Assembly (NCBI RefSeq): GCF_009834535.1
Contig: NC_045707.1
Coordinates: 19,592,001 to 19,656,000 of the forward strand
Reading direction: 5' to 3'
From: Camelus ferus
Taxonomy: Eukaryota
DNA length: 64,000 nucleotides
Below the pieces are notes generated by a model. The model searched no databases, had not been told where the DNA came from, and was given only the letters and a program-made list of their open reading frames with translations. Below are positions 1 to 12,740 of this stretch, one piece after another. A program made the translations under genes and the position numbers. Within the stretch, counting starts at the first letter, position 1. Every line of letters starts with the position of its first letter.

Positions 1-1334
1 TATGCTTCTTACACAAGAATAGATGTGAAAAAGAATACGTTGTTTTCATTAAGCAGCCAATAAATACACAGTAGCTTGAGACACACAAGATATCCCTGCT
101 TACTCTAAATCTTTTCTCCCTTGATTCTGGAAATCACTGTGATATTCAGACACACCCTCTGGACTAGGTCAAATTTCATTTTTTTAAACCAAACTATGAG
201 AAAACTTTTAAGGAAGCAAAACATAATTGTTCTGGGCAGGTGTAAATTTTGATATGGTAACTAAGAAAAGGAAATAAAACAAAATGGTAAAAAATTTTAG
301 CTATAGGAGAGATTTTAAAACACAGCTGAAGAGTTGACCATATTGAGAAAAAGAGTCATCACCCGCAATTCAAACTTTCACAGATAAAAATTCTAAACAA
401 GAGAAAATGCATTTTTTAACTTATTTCTGTGTTGGGGTTGTTTTGTTTATTTGCTTGTTTGCTTGGTCTCTTAGGAATCATGTTAATTGTAAAATCCATA
501 TGGAAGTAGACCAATTGGTCCACAGCCTGGCTAACAAAACATTCTGAAGAATGAGAAAAACTCTTGATATATGCCTTACAAGCAATGTAACTGATTTCTA
601 AAATATGTCTAGGGAGTTGAAAATCACTGTGTAAAATGTGATTGCAAGAGGTTGTACGTTTTTGATTTCTACCTTACATTTATATTTGCGCTCTAAAGTT
701 CTTCTTATTTGTAAATGCTATCAACTATCATAATTGTATTCCTAAAAGTAAAACCTTGGTATATAGTTTCCTTAATTTTGCAGAGAATTTTAGCTTTATG
801 TCAAGATTAGACAAATTATCCATGAATTCTGTTTTAACTTAAGATGCTATGATTTTTTCAGGTCCCAACTGCAATTTTCTGATTTGCCACCCAGTTGGGG
901 TTGGTTTTAAATTATGTTATTATTGTTGCCATTCTTGAAGCAGTAATATATATAGTAGTGAATCTTAAATATTTTGTGTATCATCGGTCCTTTCTTTAAA
1001 AAATTTTTTTTCTATGGGCCCTCCTCACACATAATTTCTGTAGAATTTAATTGGGTTCACAAACATTCTGAAATCTATCCAAGTACTCAAGGTTAAAAGC
1101 TTATAATGGATATTTGGTATGATAAAGTTAAAAAGAGCAAAGGTGTTAAATTAAAAAGGCTTTGAGTTCAATTTCCAACTGAATTACTAACACAGTATTT
1201 CTCCACTTGGCGATGAACTTATAAACTTTGTAGAAATACAAATGCCTTGATGTCACCCAAGAGATTCAAATGGATTGTATCAGATGTGTCCTGGACATTT
1301 ATCTTATTTAAAGATTCACCAGCTTTCTGGGAAA

Positions 1335-1512
1335 GCTGGGATTTAGATGTATACCCCAGACAAACTCTTTAATCTGGGCCTAAGTTGTCTTCAATAAAAA
1401 GTGAAGATTGTAAAACTCTACTCAAAGAGGGTTCTTGGAGATATTAAGAAAATTTATGTACATCCCCCAACATAGTACCTAGCACAATGTTGGTGATCAG
1501 TGAATGCTAGCT
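1335..1512 (+). mobile_element. MIR SINE remnant
   Basis: Degenerate match to the MIR core and 3' end (ctgggatttagat...aataaaaagtgaagattgtaaaactctactcaaagagggttcttggagatattaag...agtacctagcacaatg...gaatgctagct). Boundaries approximate. Confidence 0.5.
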
Positions 1513-1618
1513 TCTCTTTCTTCTTCTTTGTTCTTTCTTATTAACTCTAAAAGCCAATCCTGACCATTATATTTTTTTACTCTTTTTCTCTATCTTTGAT
1601 AAAACCCGTAAGAGAGAA

Positions 1619-2557
1619 ATGAGGAACCATTCCGTGCAGACAGAGTTCATTCTTTTGGGTCTGACAGATGACCCTGTGTTGTAGATTGTAATCTTCTTCT
1701 TTTTATTTTTTACCTACATGTTGAGTGAGTGTGACAGGAAACTTAACCATCATCATTCTCACTCTGCTGGATTCCCACCTTAAGACGCCAATGTATTTCC
1801 TCCTACAAAATTTTTCCGTTTTAGAAATCTCATTCAGAACTGCTTGTATTCCAAGGTTCCTTGTGAGCCTTGTGACAAAGGACAGAACTATTTCCTACAT
1901 GAGTTGTATGACTCAGTTATTTTTTTTCATCTTTTTCGGAGTAACTGAATTTTGCCTTCTGGCTGCTATGTCCTATGACGTTATGCGGCTATTTGTAAAC
2001 CTCTTCATTACACCACCATCATGAGCAACAGAGTTTGCTACCAACTCGTAATCGGCTCTTGGGTAACTGGATTCCTGATTATCCTTCCTCCAATGATCAT
2101 GGGATTCCAGTTGGAATTCTGTAATTCTAATGTCATTGATCATTTTATTTGTGATTCTTCTCCCATCCTACAGATCTCTTGTTCAGATACACATTTGCTA
2201 GAACTGTCTTTTTCCTTGGCTGTGGTGACACTAATGGCCACACTGATGTTAGTGATTCTCTCCTATGGCTGTATTATCAAGACAATTCTCAAATTCCCTT
2301 CTGCTCAGCAAAGGACCAAAGCCTTTTCTACCTGTTCTTCCCACATGATTGTAGTTTCCATTTCTTATGGTAGCTGCATCTTCATGTATATAAAACCATC
2401 AGCAAATGATAGAGCAACTTTAAGCAAAGGAATAGCTGTGCTCAATACCTCAGTTGCCCCTTTATTGAATCCCTTCATTTATACCTTAAGGAACCAGCAA
2501 GTGAAGCAGGCCTTTAAGGACATGGTCCAAAAAGTTTTGTTTTCTTCAAACAAATGA
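1619..2557 (+). pseudogene. Olfactory receptor pseudogene, OR6C subfamily (most like OR6C70/OR6C6 from recollection)
   Basis: ATG at 1619 reads [21 protein letters not shown], then a premature TAG at 1682-1684. A 4-bp duplication (ttGAGTGAGTgtg, ~1722-1730) and a 1-bp deletion in the DRY codons (gac-gttat, ~1978-1981) shift the frame. ORF pieces 1725-2024 and 2021-2557 carry [17 protein letters not shown] and [12 protein letters not shown] motifs. Confidence 0.95.
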
Positions 2558-4087
2558 GAAAATTTGAAAAAGTATGAGGGAAAAAATGAATAAAAAGGTT
2601 GCCCTTTTAATCTTGGTTTCCTTTGTCTTACTCTGTACATGTTTTTAGATTATATTAGCAATTTCAGCCAATTTGGGGGTCTCCTTCCATGCTATTATTT
2701 CGTGCTAGAAATTTTATTCTACAAACTTGTTCTTTTATCAGTTTCAGAAATGCAGTATTTTAAATGTGACATTTTTCATAGATCATATTGTATGAAACAA
2801 AAGTTTTCAATAAGGCTCTGTATGAAGTTGCATGTTAGACATGGTTCTAAAACGTGGAATAAAAATTGAATGTTTGTAGCTGTAATCATATTTTTAGAAC
2901 AAAAATGACTCTTTGAAAGACCACAGAATCAATTATTTACTCAAGAAAATAGTTCAGTTATAATAAATACCACATTATGCTCTTGAGAATATTATGTTTC
3001 AAAGTGTCACATTTTTTTCATGTGTGAGCAGACTGCACACATTAAGTTGAAGATATAATTTATAATAATTTATTTTATAAGATACTTTTTTACTTAGTAA
3101 AATAAGAATAAATTTTGATCCTTGTATACGGGATGAATAAGAAAAAGTAGTAACCAAAGTCTATATAACCCTAATTGAAAATATTTTTAATTAAAATTCT
3201 AAATTTGAATATCTGAAAGAGATATTACCTACCTATGCCCATGAATTGAATTATAATGTAAGAAATTACTCTACTGCCTTACTTCAAAGACTGAAGTACT
3301 TCTTCCACAGAATTTTCCTGATTGAATAAAGGTATTTTCTCCATCTAAAACATTCCTGATTTGAATGTAATCATTATTTTCCCATATAATGCTAAACTGC
3401 ACTTTAATATTCTATTCTAGTTAATTGAGCCTTTGGTGGTGTAACTGGTAATGACAGCAATACAGCTAAATCTCAGAAACATCAGTGGAGTCAGCAGAGT
3501 TTCTTTCTTGCTGTTAACCAAGTTGATTTTAACATAAAGTATTGCTATACTCTGAACAAAAGAAATGTGGAGAGGGAAATGTGAGTACATTAGTACAAAT
3601 TCCCTAAGATAATTAGTAATGTTTGCCACTTATTGAAGGAAAAATCAAATGAATGCCAGATGTCAAATTCAGAACATTTGCAAGAGATAAGATACTGGAT
3701 TTTTCCTAAAATCCAGTAGAAAATTGATTTATGTAAAACATAATTACTTGCTTTTAACTTCTATTATTTGCTTTTATAGTATAATCTCCTATACATTTCT
3801 TTGGAAGTGTGATTTGGTTTATAGAAGTGTCTGAGAGTAGGGAAAGTATTTCTCAGACTGCTTCAGTTCAATCTCTTGGAAACCTATTATGTGCAACCGA
3901 CAAATTTGGCTTACTAATAGAACAAAAATGAAAGTATGCAGGGTGACATGAGTTTGAAAATACATTCTGTACTTTAACCCTATATCTTAGTCAATAATGA
4001 AGATAAGATGAAAACTATTTCTCAAGAATCAACAAACATGACTTACTGTAGAGTGCCTGTCAAAATCCAAGCTCTAAATTTTAGTGT

Positions 4088-4564
4088 TGTGGACAAAGAA
4101 TGTCACCTGACATTTCAGTAAACAAAAGATGTTGCGGCCATCAAGCCATCAGCCACGCAGCCACCACCAAAGGTGTACCCAAAAGAGAATTTAGGATGGA
4201 TAAAACAGGGTACTGGCCCTAGATAGTTAAGGTGCATGTCAAAGGAATAATTTCAATGCACCCAGACTCTTGCATCTTCCCATTCATAAAAAGCACTGAA
4301 ATGATTAACTTGAGATGTCTGCTTTTTGTGATTAGCAGTAATCCTTGATTACTGAACAGATACATGTTTGGGGGGGGGGTGTTTGTTTCTTTGTTTGTTT
4401 TGCCAGAAACTCCTATATATCCTGGCTTCTCCCTTACCTCTTTGGAACAGTTCCTCAGAGCTATCTGAGAGGCTGTATCCTAGGATTATAGTCGTCAGTA
4501 AGGCCACTGAATAAAGCATAATTCTCAATTTTAAGTTGTGCTTTTTTTTTTTTTTCAGTCGACA
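4088..4564 (+). mobile_element. Solo LTR, ERV1-like
   Basis: TG...CA ends with an imperfect inverted repeat (tgtggac...gtcgaca), a TATA-like cctatatatcc, an AATAAA near the 3' end and an imperfect 4-bp TSD (gtgt/atgt). The 3' end resembles artiodactyl ERV1 LTRs. Confidence 0.8.
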
Positions 4565-4948
4565 ATGTATTTACACCTAGCTGCTCTGAGGAAAAATAGC
4601 TAACATACTTGGCCACATCCTAAAATTATTCCAAGATCGATTACTAAAATCATCATGAGAAAAGAGGAAGATACTTATATTCATGTTTTTCTTAGAGATT
4701 AAGACACAATTTGGTTTAAAAATAGCTATCCAAGCTCTGCTTAAAACTAGGAGGTTAGGACAAATATGCACTTTATAGCAAGTAGATCTGAATGTTGTAT
4801 TGCCAACCAAACATTTTCACATACAGTAATATTGGGAGTAGTGCTATAATGGAAGATATAATGCAATATTTATTCCAAGATCACTCTGTATTTGCAGTCA
4901 AATAGTTGATTAATCCTGCAAATAAAAATGTGACATAGATACTACATA

Positions 4949-5581
4949 TGTAACCGAGCAGTACCCTGCGGAGCCTTCCTGGGACAGAGTCTTCTCCCCA
5001 TGCCCTCTGCCTGCCTCTTCTTTGTAGAAAAGCTATAGTCTCCCTGCTTCCCCTGAGTCACAAAAGCTCAAGAATTAATGATTGAAAGGATATGAACATG
5101 TAGTGACAAAAACAGCAGTTGTGTCAGGAACACTGGTAAGAATTTAAGCAGTAAATCAGCCTATGGCAGTCACAGAATCTCCTCTGCTTCCCTGAAGTAC
5201 CTAGGGAACAGTATCTGATACACATTTCCTGAGTTGTTTACAGATGCTAAAATTCCCACCAAATGGAAGAAATTAACTACCTGATGATCATGAGCACAGA
5301 GCCCCCAGACCTACGGAGCCTGAGGATTGATAATGTTAACTCACTCTGCTACCTCACCATCAGCCAATCAGAGAACTGTACACAGGCTGATCACACACAT
5401 TGCGACTCCTCCCCTTACCTTGCCTTTTAAAAAAATGCTTCCCTGAACCCATCAGGGTATTTGGCTCTTTTGAGCATGAGCCACCCAATTCTCCTTGCTG
5501 GGCCCTGCAATCAACCTTTCTCCACTCAAAACTCCGACACTTCAGCTGTGCATCAGGCACATGAATGTGGGTCTGATGGCA
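4949..5581 (+). mobile_element. Solo LTR, ERV1-like
   Basis: Starts tgtaaccgagcag, contains a CCAAT box (agccaatcagag) followed by a ttttaaaaaa TATA-like region and an R/U5-like tail ending ...ggca. No clear TSD. Confidence 0.7.
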
Positions 5582-6059
5582 TACTGAGGTAGACACTTAC
5601 ACCTAAAGCAGTCCAAGCCTTATACTCATTAGTAAATAATGGACACATTCTTGAAACTTACTGAAAATATAGTCACTATTAAGTTTTGCATCTATATCTA
5701 TTATATTGAGCCATTTCTTAACAGGTAGAACCATGAAACCACTTTCTGAATCCATTCTAGCGGAAGACACTAACCTGTAGAAGTAAATGATGTGGATTCT
5801 TCGGCACTAATTGGGACCCATCATTCATGTTAGCTGTAAGCAATTCTGGCAGCAGGGTATAGTTTCTAAATGCTATTTCCCACTGAGAGGAACCAGGTCT
5901 TCTTGGAAAAAGTGTTTCCAGGTTAGGGGTGGGAAACACACAAAACAAGCCTGGAACATCTCTTTGGGTCAGAAGAAAGGGAAACAAAACAAACAAAAAA
6001 ATGATATGAGGACAGAGGAGCCAATTTGGGTTCCACCTACTGGCCTAAAATGGGATGGT

Positions 6060-6900
6060 TTTATTATAAAAATATAGTAATTACTGTCATGGATTAATAG
6101 ATATCAAATATATAAATATTCATGAGTGTATAGGATTATAAAAGGAAATTAGTTGATGACCAGTGGAAGCTGCTAGGACATCAAATTACTACCCCAGAAC
6201 ACTGATAAAGGAGGGAAGGAACCAAGCATTTAACCTAACTGTATATGTTATATTTCAGGTAATCAAATTGTTTATCAAAAAAGTTATAAATTCACCAAAT
6301 TACAAAAGAAAATAATGGTTTGAACCTCTTAATATAATAACGGATCTAAACAATGCCTTAGTATGGGCTAAAAGCCATTTGTGAAATACTGATGGCGATT
6401 TATCAAGAGATATCAGGATGGTAACACCTGAACACACTGATCAATCTAAGAATTACTAAAAGTAGACCCAGCAGACATTATAAGGCTCATGGTGTAATGA
6501 AATAGGAAGCATACAGTGTCACTCATCAACTATCCCTGCTAAAAATATGAATCTAAAGTTAATAATCAAATCTAGTTAGCATGTAAGAAGAAACTGAGTG
6601 ATAACCAAGTGAGACCGTAAAGAAGACATCAGTTAAATAATCAATGACACTATACACTGAAATAACTTCATTTCACCATCAAAATTGATGCTAGGGGTAA
6701 AAAATAAAAGGACTATATAGAAATACAAAAAAGCTGTAAGTAACATAACAACCAAGCGTGATGTGGGGATTTTGATTCACATAGCTAATTGTGAAAAAAC
6801 AAACAAAAAACCAAACATATGAACCAGAGAAATATAAATGTTATTTTGATCAATTTTATTTATATTTCTGACTGGTCATATAAGCACTTGATTTTCTTTA
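6060..6900 (+). mobile_element. Old L1 (L1M/L1ME-type) 3' UTR fragment
   Basis: AT-rich sequence with L1ME-like 3' UTR words (gaccagtggaagctgctaggaca, acaaccaagcgtgatgtggggattttgattc). Boundaries approximate. Confidence 0.5.
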
Positions 6901-7729
6901 AGCCAACTAAATAGAGCTATTTTATGAATTAATTTGGCAATACCATACACCTGTGATACATGCACACAAAACAGAGGTCTCGCAGGTTTTTACTAATATT
7001 TATGGAAGAGACAAGATTTTTATTTGTCTTTAACAAGTCAAGTTTCAAATTATTTACCTCCTTTTTCCAGATTTGCATTTTAAAAAAGATGGTGAGATCA
7101 GGGTTCCTGAAGAAGACCAGGTAGAATATTTGCATCTCAAAGACACTGAAGTTGGTAACTAACTGGAGTTTGACTTGTCTGTCAAGACTTTTCCTAAGGG
7201 ACTGGCTGATGGAATTGAAACAGCACTGTCTATTTAGATCTTTCATGAACACACAACACAAAATTCAAACCTCGGCCGCAAATGGAAGCCTCAAAATTCA
7301 AAGCAGGCACAAGTCAAAATTCAAAGTCAAAACAACAGCTTCCTAGTTCCACTAAGCCCAAGAAGCCTATCCAGTTGGTGCCTATCAAACAGGAACTCTC
7401 TCAGGGAGAAAGAGCCCCATCAAACTGGGGACTCTCCTGCCTCAGGGAGACCCCGGACAGGGTCGAAGGGGCCTCGGTGGTTACGCGGAAACTTACCCTA
7501 GTCCTGGCTGAGGAGCCGTGATGTCCCTAGCAGCGTTCTCTTCTCTCTCAAGTTTCTGAGCAGCCGCAGGGTCAGATCAAGATGGGAAAGAAGAAGGGAA
7601 AGACTCCTGACGCAAGAGGGCTTCAGCATCTGCGGGGCCGCTTTTCCCCTGCTCTCCTCCTCCGGCCTCAGAGTCCCCGCCCTCAGTTACCACAGCCGGA
7701 GTGGCTCACACACGGATCCGCTCCTCTCC

Positions 7730-7761
7730 TGTTCCGGATTGTTTCGGATTGTTCCGGATTG
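7730..7761. repeat. 10-bp tandem repeat x3 (tgttccggat/tgtttcggat/tgttccggat)
   Basis: Read directly from the sequence; lies inside the ERV leader. Confidence 0.9.
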
Positions 7762-7883
7762 CCCCAGAGATCTGGCCTCCTGGTCTACCTGGACCCTCCG
7801 CTGTCCCAAGGGAGGCTGCTGCAGGGGTTGCCCTTTGGGTGACAGATCAAGCCGAGGTGTCCAGGGGTAGGAAAGAGGAAAGA

Positions 7884-7910
7884 GGGTTCAAGTCCTATGC
7901 TGAGTTGCCA
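7884..7910 (-). promoter_or_regulatory. Retroviral primer-binding-site-like tract
   Basis: Minus strand reads tggcaactcagcataggacttgaaccc starting 4 nt after the LTR 3' end. TGG start and a ggacttgaaccc tail complementary to a tRNA T-arm (as in the tRNA-Lys(UUU) PBS), but the core is divergent. Confidence 0.65.
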
Positions 7911-7914
7911 AAGT

Positions 7915-8375
7915 TGTTGCCACAAAACTGGCCTCTGCACCCGGAAACCCAGACTGAAACTCAGGGGCAGAACTGTGGGAGAAAAATAGCTTTATTGCTT
8001 TGCCAGGCAAAGGGAGTCACAGCAGGCTCATGGCCTTAGAGACTGTGAACCCGTCTTGGGGTTGGGGTCTTGAAGTTTTATAAAAAAGAATGAATGGATC
8101 AGAAAAGGCGGTAACAATCACGGCACTTTACAGGGCTGCTACATTCCTTTTAACCTCAGCCTCATAGGGGAACTGAGGAGGGTCTGTCCATTCTTGTGAG
8201 ATTTTTGGCCCATTACTCTCTTCCTGGAGCATAGACTCTGGGTCAAAACTATTGTAAAGAATGTAAGGGAGAAGTCTGCGGGTTGCTTAGCACAAACTGC
8301 AGGATTTCTTAGGAAGAATCAGCAAACAGTTTTAGCATCAGAGAAGTTACTTCCTTGCCTAATCCTTCATAAACA
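7915..8375 (-). mobile_element. 5' LTR of a truncated ERV1-type provirus
   Basis: Minus strand begins tgtttatgaagg and ends ...gtggcaaca. Polyadenylation signal aataaa (plus strand tttatt ~7991-7996), TATA-like tttttataaaaa ~8075-8085, and an adjacent PBS. Confidence 0.75.
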
Positions 8376-9317
8376 CACTCTGAATATGAGCATCTATTAT
8401 GATGTATTCACAAAATTGGTACATGGGACAATGGCATGCTGGTGGGTAAAAAGATAATTTTCTTATCAGCTCAATTTACCTACTGATAAACTTGTGGATG
8501 AAATAAAATGAATTTATAGGTGAAATGCTATAAGGCAAAATGAAAGTCAAAAAATAAAAGATCAGAGGGTGACAGAGAAAAATAACTTTAATATGTTGAT
8601 AATTATGGAATCCAGACAATGGGTATATGTCTGTTAATTAGTATGTCTTGTCTCCTTTTGTGAATGTTGAAAAATGCCACTTGAGAATGGTTTAAGAACC
8701 TAGATGACTAAATAATTTTCTGCAAAATGTATCTACTTGTTGAGACCGAGATGACATCACTACTCATGACGGGTGACCTATAAGAGAAGCCCACTGCCCT
8801 CTTCCCTCCGTCTGCCACTGAGTGAGCTCATGAGGGCCAGCTGTCCTCGCCCAATGACTTCAGAAATAGCTGACTTCTAACATGGCAGGTAAATTAGGCC
8901 AGCTTAAGGATGCTCTCTCATCTTAGCCATCTTCTTCAATCTACATTTATCGTGAATAAAGCAACTATTTACACTTACCTGACTCAGTTTTTTTGGAACT
9001 CACATGGAGGAAGTATGGGATTAAATAATACCAATTAACAGCCATGTTATCATTTAGAAAACTAATACCATGGGTACTGTTTACATATAAGACCAAGATG
9101 TGAGCCCAGAAGGTAAACCACACTTGTGTAGAAAATGATGTTGCACCCTTGATTTAAAGAAGTCAGAAATCAGTGGTGTGACCACAGTTCTATAAACTGG
9201 TATCACTGAAGACTTGCTATTCAGATGGTAAACTCTACACCCTTCATCTTAGCCATGGAGATAGGCTAAGCAACTCTCACATGGAGGAAATAACACAAAG
9301 ACTAAATCTTAACTAAA

Positions 9318-9318
<1 letters not shown>

Positions 9319-9350
<32 letters not shown>
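9319..9350. repeat. (TG)16 microsatellite
   Basis: Perfect dinucleotide run read directly. Confidence 0.97.
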
Positions 9351-9353
<3 letters not shown>

Positions 9354-9574
9354 CCTAGATTTAAATGGATGGATGAGTAGCCTGGGTTATGGCAGAATCA
9401 CAAAATCAGAGAAGCTAAACATTTTAGAAATCTGAGGTTAAACTGTAGCCATAGGGTTAGGATACCTGCTCAAATGCTTTTTTCTGCTTGAAATCTAGAA
9501 GGCCACTGAACATTTGTGGTCCCAGATGGGGACTGAACTTGGAGAACCTCTCTCTAATGCACTCTTAGATTTTG

Positions 9575-9670
9575 AGAATGTATGTATGTTCAAGTATAAC
9601 TGAAAAATTGTGCTCTACACTGGAAATTGACTCAACATTGTAAACTATAACTCAATAAAATAAAATAAAA
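9575..9670 (+). mobile_element. Short 5'-truncated L1 3' end with A-rich tail
   Basis: gtataactgaaaaattgtgctctacactggaaattgactcaacattgtaaactataactcaataaaataaaataaaa matches the reverse complement of the L1 tails at ~27190-27265 and ~61710-61800. Confidence 0.75.
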
Positions 9671-11737
9671 GATTTTGCGAAATTCCTGCAGGACCTTCTA
9701 GTGTCTCAGTGGACTCACATGAGAAGTCTTTGTCATAGGAGAACAGATGATCAGCACCAAGAAAGTTCCTAGAGCCACGCTTTTCTCAATGAGGTTGAAA
9801 ATTCAAATTACAGGCCACTTTTTCTTTTTCCCTCTTTTCTTGCTTTTGCTTCTTTTTTCAGTTTATCTTGCTCTTTAAGTCTGTATGTTGCTAATCTGGT
9901 TTTTTAATTTAAGGTTATAGTTTTTATAGGATATTAACCCATTACAATAATTAATACCATTTATTATTACCACAGTATTAATAATATATGTGTATAAAAG
10001 CTCTGTTTTCATTTTATCTTTGTATTTTGTTTATGTTACCTATCTTACTTAATTTCAGTACTGATAGGTATTTCTTGGGCTGTTCCTTGAAATCCTCTTG
10101 ATGCCTCTGGAGAAGTAGATATATCAACATGAGTAAGTAGTTCCATTTAAAATCAGTAAAACTAGTTTTGATCCTAGATATGTCCCTTGCTAGCAATAGT
10201 TCACTTTTTTAAACTTTTATTTCCCCACATTTTTCCAGTGTAAATTATGACTATAAATCACTTGTAATTTTCAGGTTTATCAGTATGTGAATTTTTAATC
10301 AGTGTTGATTTTACTCTATTTCATTCAGAAATATAAAAATAGACATTTTAACAGGGTAGTTCTTTCACCTTTGGTTCACAGATTAATGCCAAATGTTACT
10401 TTGTATTTTTTATCTTCGCATAAAAATTCTCATTTTTCATTATCAGAAATATCAAAGCACCATGTTGGAAGATTATCTATTGCATAACCAATGTTTGTCT
10501 AGGTGCCAGGCATAAAGCATCCTACAGTGTGGCATATAAGACAGACTTTTCCAAGGCACTGACCTAGTAGAGTAGAATCAGGACAAGTAAGCATGAAATT
10601 GGAGTTTGGAAAGAGACATGAGAGCAGCAGATAAGTGAGGACGAAGGGGTGGATGAGTACGACTAATCCAGGGCTCGGTGGTAGTGTTGGTGGAGGAGTA
10701 GGAATAAGGTCAGCAAAAGATTCCTTGTGGGAATGCCACATAAACGGGAGGGCCCTGAGATGGGGTAGATGAAATGAGTGGAAAATTCCTGCCTACAGGG
10801 CCCATGAGATGATCAGTAGCCTCAAGTAGGACAGCAAGGATCAAAGGAAGTTTAAATATGCTGGACTACAGAAGTTCAAGTTGGTGAAGAATTTAATAAG
10901 TAATTAAGTGCAGATCTTTCCTTGAAGGGTTATCAGTGGGTACATATTTTAAATTCTTGAAATGACTGAAGTTTTCATTTTTAAAATGCAATTCATTTAA
11001 TTGAGACTTGTAGTCATATAATATTCTGTTTTCTTTACTCCACCTCCTGTATATTTGGCTTCCTGGTTATTTATTTATCACTCTTCTAGCCCGATGGCTT
11101 TTCTTAGACTTGCTGCCACCTGTTTGCAATTTAGCACATTTATTGGTATATCGATATCAATCTGTTACATGCAATTTCAATACAGATTTTAATCCTTTAA
11201 CAGGAATCACCACTGCATTTTTCTCTTGATTTTAATTTAAGCCATGTTTCACTGGCAATTTTTAAATAACTTCTATATTGACTTGGATCCATTCAATAAA
11301 TATGTAAGTTATAATTTTAAAGCTGTGTCAGCAGTAAATACTTTTTTGAAATCCTAAATATTTATACTTATTCCTAGTTTTAAAATACATATTGGGATTT
11401 TGAGAATATTTTCCTTGCTACACTTAGAGATAGTATTCTTTCTAATACTTTTTCTCTTTGTTTTGTTCTAGTTTTTTTTCTTTTTGAGGACTGATGTGCA
11501 ATCCTTTCAGCACGTGGAAAGGAAAGGTTGAGAGTAAGGTCATTCTTAGATATCCTGAAACAACTGTTTTCATTTTTTATAAGGGCTATAATTCTCAAAG
11601 AGGTTCATGTATAGGGGATAACAGTGGTGACTTGATCAGGGTCAGTACAGAATAAGAGACCAAATCTAGCTCAGGAAGAGACAAAATAGGATAGACTCAT
11701 AAGATAGTTGCTTAGGGATCCTGACTTCAGCATTCCC

Positions 11738-12673
11738 CTACTTCTTTGAGAGCAGTCTAATTCTTCTGACTAAGTCATTAAAGGCTTGTTTCACTTGTTT
11801 GTTCCTCAGACTGTAAATAAATGGGTTTAACATGGGGGAAATGGAAGTAGTGAGTATCGTTACTCTCTTATTAATGGTCGTCTCATATTTTGATGAAGGT
11901 TTGATGTAGACAAAGATGCAACTGCCACAGGTGATGGAAACCACAATAATGTGGGAAGAACAGGTGGAAAAGGCTTTTGTCCTTTGCTGGGCAGAGGGGA
12001 ATCTTAGAATTGTTCTGATGATATACATGTAGGACAGAACCACACACAAGAGAGTCATAAGAAAGATCAGCACAGAGCCAAAAATAACCATCTGCTCAAT
12101 GAACCATGCATCTGAGCATGAAACCTTCAGGAGTGGACTAACATCACAGAAATAGTGATCGATGTTAGAGTCACAGAATTCCAGGTCCAGTCCCAAGCTA
12201 AGTGGTGGGAATATAATCAACAGAGTGGTCATCCAACAGCAGAAGATAAGCATTTTGCAGACCCTGTGGTTCATGATGGTCATGTAATGCAGGGGTTTGC
12301 AGATGGCTACGTAGCGATCAAAGGACATGGCGGCCAAGAGAAAAAATTCTGTTACTCCAAACACGTAAGTAAAAAATAGTTGGCTTACACAAGCATTATA
12401 GGTAATGGTCCTGTCACCTGTTGATATACTGTACAAGAATCTGGGAATACAGGCAGAAGTGAATGAGATTTCTAAGAAGGAGAAATTTTGTAGAAAAAAG
12501 TACATTGTGGTTTTAAGGTGGGAATCTACTAATATGAGGATGATGATGGTCAGATTTCCAGTTACACTCAACATGTAGGTGATAAGTAGAAATACAAAAA
12601 CCAGAATCTGCAGCTGTGGGTCATCTGTTAGTCCCAGGAGGACGAATGTGGTTACTGCTGTGTGGTTTCTCAT
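11738..12673 (-). CDS. Olfactory receptor, OR6C subfamily (OR6C68/OR6C2-like), intact ORF, 311 aa
   Basis: Single-exon 7TM ORF with N-glycosylation site [38 protein letters not shown] and PMLNPFIYSLRN. Confidence 0.95.
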   Translation of the reverse strand: MRNHTAVTTFVLLGLTDDPQLQILVFVFLLITYMLSVTGNLTIIILILVDSHLKTTMYFFLQNFSFLEISFTSACIPRFLYSISTGDRTITYNACVSQLFFTYVFGVTEFFLLAAMSFDRYVAICKPLHYMTIMNHRVCKMLIFCCWMTTLLIIFPPLSLGLDLEFCDSNIDHYFCDVSPLLKVSCSDAWFIEQMVIFGSVLIFLMTLLCVVLSYMYIIRTILRFPSAQQRTKAFSTCSSHIIVVSITCGSCIFVYIKPSSKYETTINKRVTILTTSISPMLNPFIYSLRNKQVKQAFNDLVRRIRLLSKK

Positions 12674-12726
12674 TCCTGGCTCCTGACTTCCTCCCAGTCT
12701 GTGTGTAAAACTGAGGGAGGTAAGAT

Positions 12727-12740
12727 CTGAGAAGAGGGTG
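12727..12740 (-). promoter_or_regulatory. Putative splice acceptor for the OR coding exon
   Basis: Minus strand reads ccctcttctcAG|atct, 53 nt upstream of the ATG at 12673. Similar acceptors precede other ORs in this window. Confidence 0.55.

Larger units (their letters stand above)
6900..7914 (-). mobile_element. ERV1-type internal region (PBS plus 5' leader, truncated, no gag ORF)
   Basis: Directly follows the LTR at 7915-8375 on the minus strand. It begins with a PBS-like tract, then a CpG-rich leader (7400-7880) and an AT-rich non-coding internal part. No gag or pol motifs seen. Confidence 0.65.

Noticed and set aside
7730-7761. Short direct repeats considered as a CRISPR-like array (also the 18-bp duplication at 58541-58574)
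   Set aside because: Simple tandem repeats without spacers in mammalian DNA; no CRISPR or prokaryotic features anywhere in the window.
7582-8039. 86-aa and 112-aa ORFs considered as gag or a novel gene
   Set aside because: They run antisense to an ERV leader/LTR, have no gag motifs, and arise from high GC content.
12155-12379. Antisense or alternate-frame ORFs overlapping OR genes (also 34427-34741, 40172-40456, 56299-56724)
   Set aside because: Shadow ORFs of OR coding sequence; no independent evidence.
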